Of a stretch of 64,000 bases of DNA, positions 28,265 through 41,269 are shown one piece after another (within the stretch, counting starts at the first letter, position 1; each line of letters starts with the position of its first letter). This DNA is from Octopus vulgaris (taxonomy: Eukaryota). Location of the stretch: NCBI GenBank assembly GCA_951406725.2, contig OX597825.1:22630001-22694000 (forward strand). The letters run 5' to 3'. Below the pieces are notes generated by a model. It was not told where the DNA came from. It did not search any database and saw only the letters and a program-made list of their open reading frames with translations. Made by a program: the position numbers and the translations under genes.

Positions 28265-28665
28265 AGGCGCAGGAGTGGCTGTTTGGTAAAAAGTTTGCTT
28301 CCCAACCACACGGTTCCAGGTTCAGTCCCACTACCTGTTACCCTGAGCAAGTGCCTTGTATTATAGCTTCGGGCCGACCAAAGACCTGTGAGAGGATTTG
28401 TTTCACGGAAACTGAAAGAAGCTCGTACTGTATATGTATATGTGTGTGTGTTTCGTTGCCCCTACCCCCACCAGCACCACCGCTTAACTACTAGTGATGG
28501 TGTGTTTGTGTCCCCGTAACCTTGCGTTTTGGCAAAAGATATTGATAGAATAAGTAGCAGATTCTGAACAAAGGAGATATTGGGGTCGATTCATTCGACT
28601 TAAAATTCTTCAAAGCGGTGCCCCAGCGTGGGTGCAGTCTAATGACTGAAACAAGTATACGATAA
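28265..28665 (+). mobile_element. SINE family C (CORE-like central domain, internal microsatellite, CR1-type tail)
   Basis: AGGCGCAGGAGTGGCTG...GGTTCAGTCCCACT...GAGCAAGTG...GCGGTGCCCCAGC...AATGACTGAAACAAG. Confidence 0.88.
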
Positions 28666-28696
28666 AGGGTATAAAATAAATAAAAATATATGCGCC

Positions 28697-28930
28697 CATT
28701 TAAAGCCTAACCAGGCTCATGGGCCTGGTTTCCTGGTTTCAAGGCGTATGTGTTACCCAACTGGACGGGACGCAAGTCCATCGCAGGGTTACTCATTTTT
28801 GCCAGCTGAGTGGACTGGAGCAACGCGAAATGAAGTGTTTTGCTCAAGAACACAACGCGTCACCCGGTCACGGAATCGAAACCACAATCTTACGATCATG
28901 ATGCTGACACCCTAACCCACGCGCCTCCAC
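28697..28930 (-). mobile_element. SINE family D (V-domain-like)
   Basis: Minus strand GTGGAGGCGCGTGG..GGTTTCGATTCC..GTGTTCTTGAGCAAAACACTT..AACCCTGCGATGGACTTGCGTCCCGTCCAG..GAAACCAGG. Confidence 0.85.
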
Positions 28931-28933
28931 ATG

Positions 28934-29050
<117 letters not shown>

Positions 29051-29097
29051 TAAATAAATAAATGGAGTTGAACGAAGATGTTAATAAAATTCCTTTA

Positions 29098-29174
29098 CTT
29101 TCGACATATGTTTCGAAGACAACATGGTTTTATTCCAAAGGAATAAACGGTGTGAGATGCAATCTTCTCATCAT
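29098..29174 (-). ncRNA. PLE-type hammerhead remnant (second copy at ~30280-30356)
   Basis: Minus strand (A)TGATGA-GAAGA...TCTTC-GAAA-CATATG-TC; core C3 is lost and there is no helix I. Confidence 0.5.
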
Positions 29175-29454
29175 TCCCCCATTGATATATATATATATAT
29201 ATATACAGAGAGCGAGAGGGGGTACATATATTGCGCGCGCATATATACATACGCGCGCGCACACACTCATTGCAGGCTTTCCTAGATGTACTCGTTAATT
29301 GAATGTTATTTAGTAGAGAATCATATATTTGTGTTCTTTTTGCTGTTCTGCGTTTTCCCAAAAGTACACCATCGATTGATGGAGGGTTCTAGTAAGCTGA
29401 TCACAATTTCAATGCATTGCTACATGCCTTAGTGTTCGATTTTAATTTGTAGCT

Positions 29455-29617
29455 CAATGCATTGACCCCAGTGCATGAGTGGTACTTATTTTATCGGTCC
29501 AGAAGGAATGAAATGGGATGTCAACCTCATTAGAATTTCACCTCAAGACTTAAAGACGGACTTAATCCTGCAAAGAATTTTTCTCTGCGCAGTAACAATT
29601 TTGCCAACACGCCGCCT
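29455..29617 (-). mobile_element. Degenerate SINE family A (duplicated at ~30650-30812)
   Basis: GACCCCAGTG...TGGTACTTATTTTATCG...AAAGACGGAC. Confidence 0.75.
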
Positions 29618-29908
29618 TTATGGGTTTCAAACATTGCTTAAAAATAAGACTGCATAGAAAAAGAAATTTCACGATTCAACGCAGGCAATAATTTATCAGC
29701 TCATCAGAAGTTGTAATGAGAAATTTTCTGAACACAACTGCAGAAGACGTGACATTTAAGAGCTGTATGTAAGGTTAACCTTATGTAATCGTTTTGTGTT
29801 TGCTACAGAACCGTCTAAAAGACAACTTAGAGTATATTATCCAACATATGTATACATACATATATACATATATGTGTGCCTGTGTATATATGTGTTTATC
29901 TATGTGTT

Positions 29909-29959
<51 letters not shown>

Positions 29960-30188
29960 GTGTTTGTGTGTATGTATAACTTGCAAAGATTCGAGCTTTG
30001 ATATTTTTTCTTTTACTTGTTTCAGTCATTTGACTGCGGCCATGCTGGAGCACCGCCTTTAGTCGAGCAAATCGACACCGGGACTTATTCTTTGTAAGCC
30101 CAGTACTTATTATTTCGGTCTCTTTTGGCCGAACCGCTAAGTGACGTATAAACACACCAGCATCGGTTGTCAAGCACAGACAAACACA

Positions 30189-30232
<44 letters not shown>

Positions 30233-30364
30233 TAAATAAATAAATGGAGTTGAACGAAGATGTTAATAAAATTCCTTTACTTTCGATATATGTTTCGAAG
30301 ACAACATGGTTTTATTCCAAAGGAATAAACGGTGTGAGATGCAATCTTCTCATCATTCCCCCAT

Positions 30365-30400
<36 letters not shown>

Positions 30401-31103
30401 CAGAGAGCGAGAGGGGGTACATATATTGCGCGCGCATATATACATACGCGCGCGCACACACTCATTGCAGGCTTTCCTAGATGTACTCGTTAATTGAATG
30501 TTATTTAGTAGAGAATCATATATTTGTGTTCTTTTTGCTGTTCTGCGTTTTCCCAAAAGTACACCATCGATTGATGGAGGGTTCTAGTAAGCTGATCACA
30601 ATTTCAATGCATTGCTACATGCCTTAGTGTTCGATTTTAATTTGTAGCTCAATGCATTGACCCCAGTGCATGAGTGGTACTTATTTTATCGGTCCAGAAG
30701 GAATGAAATGGGATGTCAACCTCATTAGAATTTCACCTCAAGACTTAAAGACGGACTTAATCCTGCAAAGAATTTTTCTCTGCGCAGTAACAATTTTGCC
30801 AACACGCCGCCTTTATGGGTTTCAAACATTGCTTAAAAATAAGACTGCATAGAAAAAGAAATTTCACGATTCAACGCAGGCAATAATTTATCAGCTCATC
30901 AGAAGTTGTAATGAGAAATTTTCTGAACACAACTGCAGAAGACGTGACATTTAAGAGCTGTATGTAAGGTTAACCTTATGTAATCGTTTTGTGTTTGCTA
31001 CAGAACCGTCTAAAAGACAACTTAGAGTATATTATCCAACATATGTATACATACATATATACATATATGTGTGCCTGTGTATATATGTGTTTATCTATGT
31101 GTT

Positions 31104-31158
<55 letters not shown>

Positions 31159-31204
31159 GTGTTTGTGTGTATGTATAACTTGCAAAGATTCGAGCTTTGA
31201 TATT

Positions 31205-31395
31205 TTTTCTTTTACTTGTTTCAGTCATTTGACTGCGGCCATGCTGGAGCACCGCCTTTAGTCGACCAAATCGACACCGGGACTTATTCTTTGTAAGCCC
31301 AGTACTTATTATTTCGGTCTCTTTTGCCGAACCGCTAAGTGACGTGGACTTAAACACACCAGCATCGGTTGTCAAGCACAGACAAACACAGACAT

Positions 31396-31430
<35 letters not shown>

Positions 31431-31602
31431 CATATATACGACAGGCTTCTTTCAGTTTCCGTCTACCAAATCCACTCACAAGGCATTGGTCGGCCCGGGG
31501 CTATAGCAGAAAACACCTGCCCAAGATGCCACGCAGTGAGATTGAACCCGAAGTCATGTGGTTGGTTAGCAAGCTACTTACCACACAGCCACTCCTGCGC
31601 CT
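31205..31602 (-). mobile_element. SINE family C, full length (3' half duplicated at ~30005-30195)
   Basis: TTGTTTCAGTCATTTGACTGCGGCCATGCTGGAGCACCGCC...CCACACAGCCACTCCTGCGCCT. Confidence 0.92.
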
Positions 31603-31747
31603 ATGTTATATTTCTCATATTTAACGATAGTTACTTTACATCATCATATATTACCTACTATAGAACTTTCTGAGTTTATTATTGTCCGCAAATATAAATA
31701 TTTAAGTATTTGTTTTCGTGTTCCTATAAATAAAAGTAATACCCATA

Positions 31748-31983
<236 letters not shown>

Positions 31984-31984
<1 letters not shown>

Positions 31985-32703
31985 GCGCTGGAATCCTGGA
32001 GTCGATAGAGGAGGAGCTTAGGCGATTAACAGGCAGTCAAGGAAGCTCCTAAAGATGCATGGAGCCCAACATCCGCGTGTAGTCACTGATCACCTATACA
32101 TGAAGGGAGCATAAAGGCGGCGAGCTGGCAGAAACGGTAGGACGCCGGGCGAAATGCGTAGCCGTATTTCGTCTGCCGTTACGTTCTGGGTTCAAATTCC
32201 GCCGAGGTCGACTTTGCCTTTCATCCTTTCGGGGTCGATAAATTAAGTACCGGTTTCGCACTGTGGTCGATGTAATCGACATAACCCGTTTGTCTGTCCT
32301 TGTTTGTCCCCTCTGTGTTTAGCCCCTTGTGGGTAGTAAAAAAATATATACATGAAGGGAGCAAATGAAGTAAGGGGACTGATAAATATGGAAGACTGCG
32401 TGCGTATCGAACTTGAGAGCTTAATGAGACACCTAGTTCAAAGTAAGGAAACTTTGCTAGTGATAGTTGGGAACGAGAGAGTAGAGAAAGTAGAGAAAAA
32501 AGAAGAAAAAAGACAAAAGAAATACAAAAAGGACATGGAGAAGAATTACACAAGAAGGGAATACACTATCAATGCTATACAGCCACAACAGAAGTTGGTG
32601 GAAAAGAAGTAGGTGGGATTGGCTGATGATAGGAACGCTATAAAAAGAAACCGAGAGCACTATACTGGCTGCGTAAGACCACGTTTTGGCCACGAACTGT
32701 TTT
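31984..32703 (+). mobile_element. R4/Dong-like non-LTR retrotransposon RT fragment interrupted by a SINE
   Basis: GAGILE...EEL...RKLLKMHGAQHPR..DHLYMKGANEVRGLINMEDCVRIE...SKETLL...WDWLMIGTL*KETESTILAA*DHVLATN matches R4-clade HP..DRLY..GRGL and LKKETE..AAQD motifs. Confidence 0.8.
32112..32346 (+). mobile_element. SINE family A1 with 17-bp TSD
   Basis: TSD TATACATGAAGGGAGCA at 32095-32111 and 32347-32363. Confidence 0.95.
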
Positions 32704-33916
32704 CAGTTAGAGATTTTTGGCATCAATAAATATATAAATAAACGTCACCAGGAAGAAGAATATCTCTGAAAACGTACGCTGCACACTATATGAACCTTTT
32801 AGTAATGAACGCCAATATCCGTTTTGATTATGTTTAAAGTTAAGAGACAGACGATCGATAGTTCGATAGTATATTCTACTAAACACAGGTATTTAATTTC
32901 TGTTTGTTGCAGATTTTACTACGAACCTTGTGTCAAAATATAAGTGTGAAAACATAAAGAAAAAGGAGATGATAGATTTAAGCTAAACTACTGAAGCATG
33001 AACCATACTTGAACACACATCTGAGAGTTCCAAAATAAACGCCTCACACGATGGCCAAATTTATTCGTGTGATTCATTTAGTTTGGAACTCTACCCATGC
33101 TGTTACACAGCCGCTTGCGCAATCAAAACAATACCATGCCAATTAGGAACATATAACTTTCATAAATGATTTGGTAGACCAGGCCAAGACTATAGATCTT
33201 ACAGTTTAACCCATAATGATAGGTAGAAATTACAATGTAGTGCCATATTGTTTGATCTGTAGCCTTTAAGAGTTTCATGTGTGATTAAATATCGATTATT
33301 GATTATTGGTTAAACCATTAATGTAAAGTCTTACAAAATCGAGTATAGCAGGTAAAATACACTTCCACACAAGATTGATAGATATCTTATTTAACCCCAG
33401 GTCACATATTATCACCCGGGACTACAATGACCTATTATCAGATATAATACATTTTCAACAATATTATTTACGTGTCCTTGTTTTATTTCAAAGTTTATAG
33501 TGTTTCAATTTAAGGAGACAGAATTATTTTGTTTCTCGCAACGTGACTTAATACTTTTGGTTTCAGAAAACGTGCAATAATATCAGTCGTAACTCTGTGA
33601 TAAGTTTACCCAACATGCTGCCATATTGTATACTAGAACCGAAATATTGGCTTACAATCTATGGATGAGGTCAAATATCTGAAGAGTTCAAGAAATACAA
33701 TGGAAGTAATAAAACATTGTGGTAAGGCAATTGCACCAAATGTGAAGTGAAAAGTGGAGAATATCGTATTCCAAGCAGGAATATTGAAGGTGGGACTTAG
33801 ATTATATGAGACAGTTATTCAAGAAGTCACTCTATCGTATCTGACAGATTGTGACACTTTACTGCTTCCATAATACAGAATATTTCATACCAATTACGTA
33901 TACTCTATTGCATTGT

Positions 33917-34112
33917 GTAGAGGCGCAATGACACAGTGGTTAGGGTAGCGGACTCGCAGTCGTAGGATCGCGGTTTCGATTCTCAAACCGGGCATTATGA
34001 GTGTTTATTGAGCGAAAACACCTCAAGCTCTACGAAGCTCCGGCACGGGGTGGTGGTAACCATGCTGTACTCTTTCACTACAACTTTCTCTCACCCTTTC
34101 TTCCTGTTTCTG
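33917..34112 (+). mobile_element. SINE family B (5' part)
   Basis: GAGGCGCAATGACACAGTGGTTAGGGTAGCGGACTCGCAGTCGTAGGATCGCGGTTTCGATTC. Confidence 0.9.
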
Positions 34113-34265
34113 TTACTTTATGAAGGAGTCTCTAATTTGCATACCGAAAGTGTTTAACAACTTATAAATACCAGCGGCCTGTCAACTGGGATCTTAATCC
34201 ACACAGTATCAAGGTATGATATAATATATACATAAAATATGGCCTCTAATTAATAATAGTTTCAT

Positions 34266-34470
34266 ATTTTGCCACAGAGGCAGCAATTTTGGGGGCAAGG
34301 ATGAGTCGATTACATCGAAACCAATGTTCAGCTAGTACTTAATTTATCGACCCTGAAAGGATAATAGACAAAGTCGACCTCGGTGGAATTTTAACTCAGG
34401 ACGAGTTAAAGACGGACGAAATACCGCTAAGTCTTTCGCCTGGTGTGCTAACGATTCTGCCATTTCGCTT
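34266..34470 (-). mobile_element. SINE family A2
   Basis: GTCGATTACATCG...TACTTAATTTATCGACCCTGAAAGGAT...GACGGACGAAATACCGCTAAG. Confidence 0.88.
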
Positions 34471-34523
34471 TCTCTAATAATAGCAATGGCAATAACAATT
34501 ATTATTATTATCATTAATATTTG

Positions 34524-34524
34524 T

Positions 34525-34571
<47 letters not shown>

Positions 34572-34585
34572 TAGTAGTAGTAGTT

Positions 34586-34657
<72 letters not shown>
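34524..34657. repeat. (CAG)n-(TAG)n compound microsatellite
   Basis: Direct inspection. Confidence 0.95.
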
Positions 34658-35209
34658 TGCAATGTCATTCATAGTACTTTATATATTAGAATTGCCAAAC
34701 TTCGAGAAGATCATTTTCTTTACAGTTTCTGAGCCAAATATTCCGCGATAAACGATAATGGCAATAAATTTGGGACTGGAAATATTGTTTCCTAACCAGA
34801 ACCTATTATGAGAGTGCCAAACGTGGAACAATAATAGAAATAAACTAACTTTCCATTATCTATTCTTAACATTCGCATTATGTATGCGCCATTAAGAATT
34901 CATTAGTGTCACCCTTTTGTGAAGCTGATGTCAATATTAGCAAGACTTTCTATAATTAGTTATGTAAATAGACTTAGATCTTTGCGTTGGATTTTCTGAA
35001 TCAAAATTCCCACTGATAACGCAGAGTTTTTCAATCAATTCTGAGTGAAATAATATCTGATTGTTAAATACTGATGAAGTGTCTTAATCAAGCATCGAAA
35101 GCGTTAAAGTTTTGGTTTCGTTCCAGCACGAAGTATAAATGCACGTTCAACGGCCTAATCCACCATATTTTTTTCTAAATGTTTCTTTTTGCTTTTATAA
35201 TAACAGCTA

Positions 35210-35510
35210 TGGTGCAAGCATAGCTTTATGGATAAGATGCTCGATTTTTCGGGACAGTACTTTACTCAAGGGTCCTATTCTATAGGGCCCGGCCGGCCAA
35301 TGCCCATGTGAGTGAATTTCGGAGACGGAATCCTAAATCCAAGTTCTTTGTTTGCATGTATGTATGTATACATGAGTGGCTGTGTGGTAAGAAGCTTGAC
35401 TCGTAACCACAGGTCTCCGGGATCAGTCTCACAGCGTGTCATCTACAATAGCCTCGGGCCGACCAAATCCTTGTGAGTAGATTTGGTAGACGGAAACAGA
35501 AAGAGGCCTG

Positions 35511-35544
<34 letters not shown>

Positions 35545-35737
35545 GTATGTATTTGTGTTTCTTCCCCCATCATCGCTTGACATCCGATGTTGCTCTGCTT
35601 ACGTCCCCACAAACTAGCGGTTCGGCAAGAAAGAGGGATATAATAAGTACTAGGTTTACAAACATTAAGTCCTGGGGTTGGCTTGTTCGATTAAAGGCGG
35701 TGCTCCAACATGGCCGCAGTCAAATGACTGAAACAAA
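35210..35737 (+). mobile_element. SINE family C: degenerate copy 35210-35330 and copy 35374-35737
   Basis: GAGTGGCTGTGTGGTAAG...GGATTTGGTAGACGGAAAC-like core...GGCGGTGCTCCAACATGGCCGCAGTCAAATGACTGAAAC. Confidence 0.85.
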
Positions 35738-35786
35738 TATTATATATATGTATATCTATCTATCTATCTAACTTAATAAATATATG

Positions 35787-35819
<33 letters not shown>

Positions 35820-35907
35820 ATAACCTAAATCTGCTTTTAATGAAATTATCTCCAATACTTCATGAGTATAGCCTCACCCACTAAGATGTTTGGAGAACTC
35901 ATATGTA

Positions 35908-35998
35908 TTTTAGCTGATGAGTACGGGACACTTTTATTTGCTGCAATTTTTGCAACTTTTAATAAAGCCTGTCTTTGTATGAAACAGTTGTACTAAAA
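35908..35998 (+). ncRNA. Intact minimal type-I hammerhead ribozyme (PLE type)
   Basis: Helix I TTTTAG 35908-35913/CTAAAA 35993-35998; core CTGATGA 35914-35920; helix II GTACGGGACA/TGTCTTTGTAT with further pairing; GAAA 35981-35984; near-palindromic CAGTTG; GTA cleavage triplet ending 35992. Confidence 0.8.
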
Positions 35999-36026
35999 AC
36001 TAATCCATTCTTGTTGCTTCTTTCTC

Positions 36027-36068
<42 letters not shown>

Positions 36069-36464
36069 GCATATATAGATATATATGTATATGTGTGTAT
36101 ACTTTTGTTAGTTACAACCAGCCCTTGACTCGAGAATCTGAGTTGACTTGTTCACATCCCTACTATGTAGCAGTCGACAAAAGAAACGGATGGAATAAAT
36201 GATAGAGTTAAAAAATATTAGTTTGTACTTGTGATTTGTTCGAGTATACCTCTGATGGTGGTTCCTCAGCAGCATGGCTTTTCCAATGACTGAAAGAAGT
36301 AGAAATATAAATATAGGAGAAGAAATATTAATATAAAAATATAACGAGGTAGAAATATATGTTTGCTACAGGTTTCTGCTGTAAAAATATTTCAGGCTGT
36401 AAAACTAATTAAATGGAAGAAGTCAACAATTGCAAGTGAAGTATAAGATACATATGTGTGTGTG

Positions 36465-36805
36465 TGACGTCAGCAGCATCGTTCTCAATGTGAGATGTGT
36501 TATTCAGTGTAAAGATATTGTTTCAGTTTGTAGAAAATCAACGAGTTGTTAGTGTGTGTGTGTGCTTGTGAGTGAGCGTGTGTGTCTGTCTGTGTGTGTG
36601 TACTGTATGTATGTATGTATGTTGGAGAACATAGCTTAAGTCGTCTTTAGGCGCTTCTGAAGCGGACACGAAATGATTATATTCAAGAATTATATTATGG
36701 ATCCGTAGTCCAGGTGGATTATGGTTGACATTTATGGAGTGACGTGAGAAGTAATCTTAACGTGACGTATGGTGGAATAACAACTGACGCTTACAGTATA
36801 TAAAA
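36465..36805 (+). promoter_or_regulatory. Possible CRE cluster with TATA box
   Basis: TGACGTCA 36465-36472; TGACG half-sites at 36740, 36763, 36785; TATATAAAA 36797-36805. Confidence 0.25.
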
Positions 36806-37089
36806 ATTAAAATGCTGTGTAAAATCTTATACGTTGATTTGCAGAATTAACGACATTTAGTTGTTCATTGTCTTTACTATGTCCTCAAGGAATCCTTTCT
36901 ATTGATACGGCGTTAGAGAATTGTAGAAGAGAAGCATACTGTACGAGACTGAACGCAGAGCACAATGTAGTGGAATTATTTTTATGTTATAGAGAGAAAA
37001 ATGAGAACGCGAGACTGCGAAACAATAGCAATTGTCCGTATGGCGAATGTTGCTCTCTTAAAACAGTTTTCAAAGAGGTCTATCATTAT

Positions 37090-37094
<5 letters not shown>

Positions 37095-37174
<80 letters not shown>

Positions 37175-37184
37175 CTATCTATCA

Positions 37185-37225
<41 letters not shown>

Positions 37226-37367
37226 CCTATATATCTATCTATCTATCTACCTATCTATCTATCTATCTATCTATATATCTATCTGTGCAGCCCTGTGTGG
37301 CTAATAAAGAAACATATCTATCTATCTATCTATCTATCTCATCTATCTAATCTATCACATCTATCTA

Positions 37368-37404
<37 letters not shown>

Positions 37405-37427
37405 CCTATCTATCTATCTATCTATCA

Positions 37428-37464
<37 letters not shown>

Positions 37465-37481
37465 CCTATCTATCTATCTAC

Positions 37482-37528
<47 letters not shown>

Positions 37529-37540
37529 CCTATCTATCTC
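37095..37540. repeat. (CT)n and (TATC)n microsatellites
   Basis: Direct inspection. Confidence 0.95.
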
Positions 37541-37559
37541 TCCGTGCTATGCATACAGA

Positions 37560-37790
37560 AGTAGTGATCAATGACCTCCATGTTCTCTCTTGTTTCCACG
37601 CACAACTTAGCACGTTATTAGGCCAATCTTTCTCAAGCCACTTGGTAAGGCTCTCGAATATCTTCTTCTCTCTCTGTCTTTCAAGATCCAATTTATCTAG
37701 AACTGAATAACAATTGTCTGACATAGTAAGAAACAGTTTTAATACAATTGTCTCTATTCCCGGCTCCTTTTGTTCTTCCTTTTATTAATT
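37560..37790 (-). mobile_element. RTE-like LINE ORF C-terminal remnant
   Basis: ..IETIVL...RQREKKIFESLTKWL...QERTWRSLIT resembles RTE ORF ends (GR.R..W....R..WR..I). Confidence 0.4.
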
Positions 37791-37888
37791 GATGCATTGT
37801 TTTCGTCTTGATAATAATGAAATCCTACTTATGATTTTATTAGCTGAAAGGAAAAATAACGGAGACTAATGTTGTTATTGATATCCCT

Positions 37889-38096
<208 letters not shown>

Positions 38097-39112
38097 TATG
38101 GCTTGCGCTACAAGCACAGCTTTACAGAGCTCCATTGAGTCGTTACTTTGTTTCAGGATTCTCTTTGCGAGTAAAACAAAATCATTTTTGTTTTGTTTCA
38201 GTGTCAACAGACGTCGGAATATATGAACGTTCTCGTCTTGTCCTGGAGCAATATTAAAAAAGGTTTGTCAAAACAATGTTTTAATTGTGTATTTTGTTTT
38301 GCACGGTAGGCATTTGCATTGTTATTCGTGGATCTAAATTGTCTCTGAAGTAACAGGGAGAAGTGATCCTCTCATTGATGGCAGTACTATAGTAAATTAT
38401 ATAAATACAAACGTCCTTCGGTCGTAATTCTTTTCAAGCAAGAAACGATATTTCGGAAAAACAATGAATGCTAGAGTTAAGCCTGCAAAGCTTCAGACAT
38501 AGACACGGTTGTTCAACAGAAAACAAAATAAGACAGGAAGGACAATTTAAAATTAGAGCATAATTAGAACCTAAGGCAACGATACTGCTAACAAAAATAG
38601 AGTTTATATATCTTTACAAACCTTGTGAATCGTGAGAATTTGCCAGATGTAAGTTAACTCAAGAGTAAGAAGAGGCATGGTCAGGTAATTTCTAGGAATA
38701 CAGGACATCTTTGCTTCTTGCATTTACTACAGAAAGGCAAATGAGAGAGAGGGTGTATATAGTTGTTTTCCAAATAACAGAGATGCTTATAGTTAATCCG
38801 ATTAAAGTAGATATAAGGGGAGCCTTTTAACCGTGCTTGGCAGAAACTTTGCTATCACGACCTAAGGAGGACGGATAAAAGCTCGTTCTTGATTTCTAAG
38901 AACAAGAATAATTTAAAGAGACACGCAGATGTAGATATCCCGGATGTAAGCAGGGAAACTAAATTACATTCAATTAATGACACCACTATCAGAACTGAGA
39001 TTGTAGCACCTACAATCTGATAGGTCTCAAGATTATTGCCTTTTAGGAGGTGATAATACGTTTTTGCACCATTCCGTTCCTTATACATGAATGTGGATGA
39101 TGGCACTGAATG

Positions 39113-39297
39113 CACGCAGCTTAGTGGCTAGGGTATTTGTCCCACGATCATAAAGTTATGAAGTTATGAGTTCGATTCCCATCAGGGATTTATGTCCTTG
39201 AGCAAGACAATTTATTTCACATTTCTTCAGGCCACTCAGTACCTGTATTTCAAAGGTCCAGCGTAGCACCTGTATTTCAAAGGACCAACCTTGTCAT
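39113..39297 (+). mobile_element. SINE with family-D-like head and a family-B internal segment
   Basis: TTAGTGGCTAGGG..GAGTTCGATTCCC..GTCCTTGAGCAAGAC..CCACTCAG, then ACCTGTATTTCAAAGG (twice) and ACCTTGTCA. Confidence 0.65.
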
Positions 39298-39515
39298 GAG
39301 AGCATTGGGTTCAATACTACCCAATCTGAAAAAAAAATCTGAAAACCTTAGAAATACCGTACAATCTAGATGTAATCCAAAAGTTAGCATTACTTGGAAC
39401 TTCATGCATATTGCCTCAAGTAATGTCTGTCTGGGGCCCTTGTTGTGACTTGAAAAACAGTAAAACCCACTCCCACAGTAGAAAATATTCACAGTATTGT
39501 ATACTGTGTGCCGTC

Positions 39516-39516
<1 letters not shown>

Positions 39517-39587
<71 letters not shown>

Positions 39588-40415
39588 TTCTGCTATAGGC
39601 ACAAGACCTGAAATTTTGCGAGGTGGATGGGTGGAGCGGTGGCGCTAGTCGATTTTATTGACCCCAGTAATCTACTGGTACTTAATTTATCTACTCCGTA
39701 AGCTTGAAAGACAGAATCGACCTCGGCAGAATTTGAACTTAGAACGTGAAGACGGGCGAAAAGCCGTGACTTATTTTGCTTGCAGACTTAATAATCATAA
39801 TAATACTTTCTTCAATAGGCACCCTGAAATTTTGTGAGGAGATAAGTTGATTACATCGATCCCAGTGTGCAACTAGTCCTTATTTTATCGCCCCCCCGGG
39901 AGGATGAAGAGCAATGGTGAACTCGGCGGAATTTGAACTCGGAATGTGAAGTTGGACGAAGTACCGTTAAACATTCTTTCCCGACATGCTAATGATTCTA
40001 ATAATAATAATAACAATAATAATCCTTTCTGCAATAAGGAACATCGCCCACAATTTCGACGGAGCGAATAACTGGATCACACCGCCCCCAGTGAGTAAAC
40101 TGGTGCTTATTTTATCGATTCCGAAAAGATTAAACCTCTGCGGAATTTGAACTCAGAATGTCAATTCGAACGAAATACCTATTTCTTTACTACCCACAAG
40201 GAGCTAAACACGGAGGGGACAAACAAAGACAGACAAACGGATTAAGTCGCTTACATCGGCCCCAGTGCGTATATGGTACTTAATTTATCGACCCCGAAAG
40301 GATGAAAGGCAAAGTCGACTCTCGGCGGAATTTGAACTCAGAATGTAACGGCAGTCGAAATACCGCTAAGCCTTTTCTCCTGTGCGTGATAACGATTCTA
40401 CCAGCTCCCTGTCTT
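39517..40415 (-). mobile_element. Tandem array of four SINE family A copies with (TAA)n tails
   Basis: Copies at ~39587-39780, 39810-40000, 40025-40179 and 40180-40415; the first three are preceded by TAA repeats. Confidence 0.88.
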
Positions 40416-40919
40416 AGGAATAACAATATTAATAATAATTCCTTTTTAGACAATATTGAATTTTCTAATATCTTCCAGATATTAGAGTGTGAAATATTGA
40501 AATCTATTTCATTGAGACTAAAGCATCGTTTTGTAAATATTTTTATTCGTTTTAATTTTTTTTATATTTCTATGTTTTCTACATTTTCATTATTTTCACT
40601 ATATAATACGTCCTCCCTCGGTTCCTAAAAATTTTTCCTTACACGTTCATCTGCGCCATTTTTTCGTCGTTTTATTTTATTACAAATCATCATCATCATC
40701 ATCATCATCATCTTTACCATTATTACATAACCGTCGTCAGCAATAACAGCAATCATATTCTTAACAATGCATACATTTCTTATTCTGAGATTATATGAAC
40801 ATTTTGACACTTTGCAAGCCCTGGGTATATTTCTTTATACTTTATATATTTCCTAATATTTCCCCTCAAAATAACTATTTATACAGAAAAGTGTTCATCA
40901 AACATGGCGAGTTGACAAG

Positions 40920-40920
<1 letters not shown>

Positions 40921-41005
<85 letters not shown>

Positions 41006-41009
41006 CCTA

Positions 41010-41040
<31 letters not shown>

Positions 41041-41183
41041 ATCTATCTATCTACCTATCTATCTACCTTTCTATCTATCTACGTTTCTATCTATCTATCT
41101 ATATATCTATCTACCTTTCTATCTATCTATCTATCTATCTATCTACCTATCTATCTATCTATCTCTCTATCTATCTAACTATG

Positions 41184-41217
<34 letters not shown>

Positions 41218-41240
41218 ACTAGCTAGCTAACTATCTATCT
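40921..41240. repeat. (TATC)n microsatellite
   Basis: Direct inspection. Confidence 0.95.
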
Positions 41241-41269
41241 ATATATATATATATATATATCTACATATG

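Noticed and set aside
29655-29712. Minus-strand CTGATGA...GAAATTTC hammerhead candidate
   Set aside because: No helix I and no valid helix III
33568-33721. Acceptor/donor pair suggesting an exon
   Set aside because: Stops in all three frames and no other support
38202-38262. Possible 61-nt exon after TTTTGTTTCAG
   Set aside because: Weak donor (GTTTGT) and no recognisable peptide
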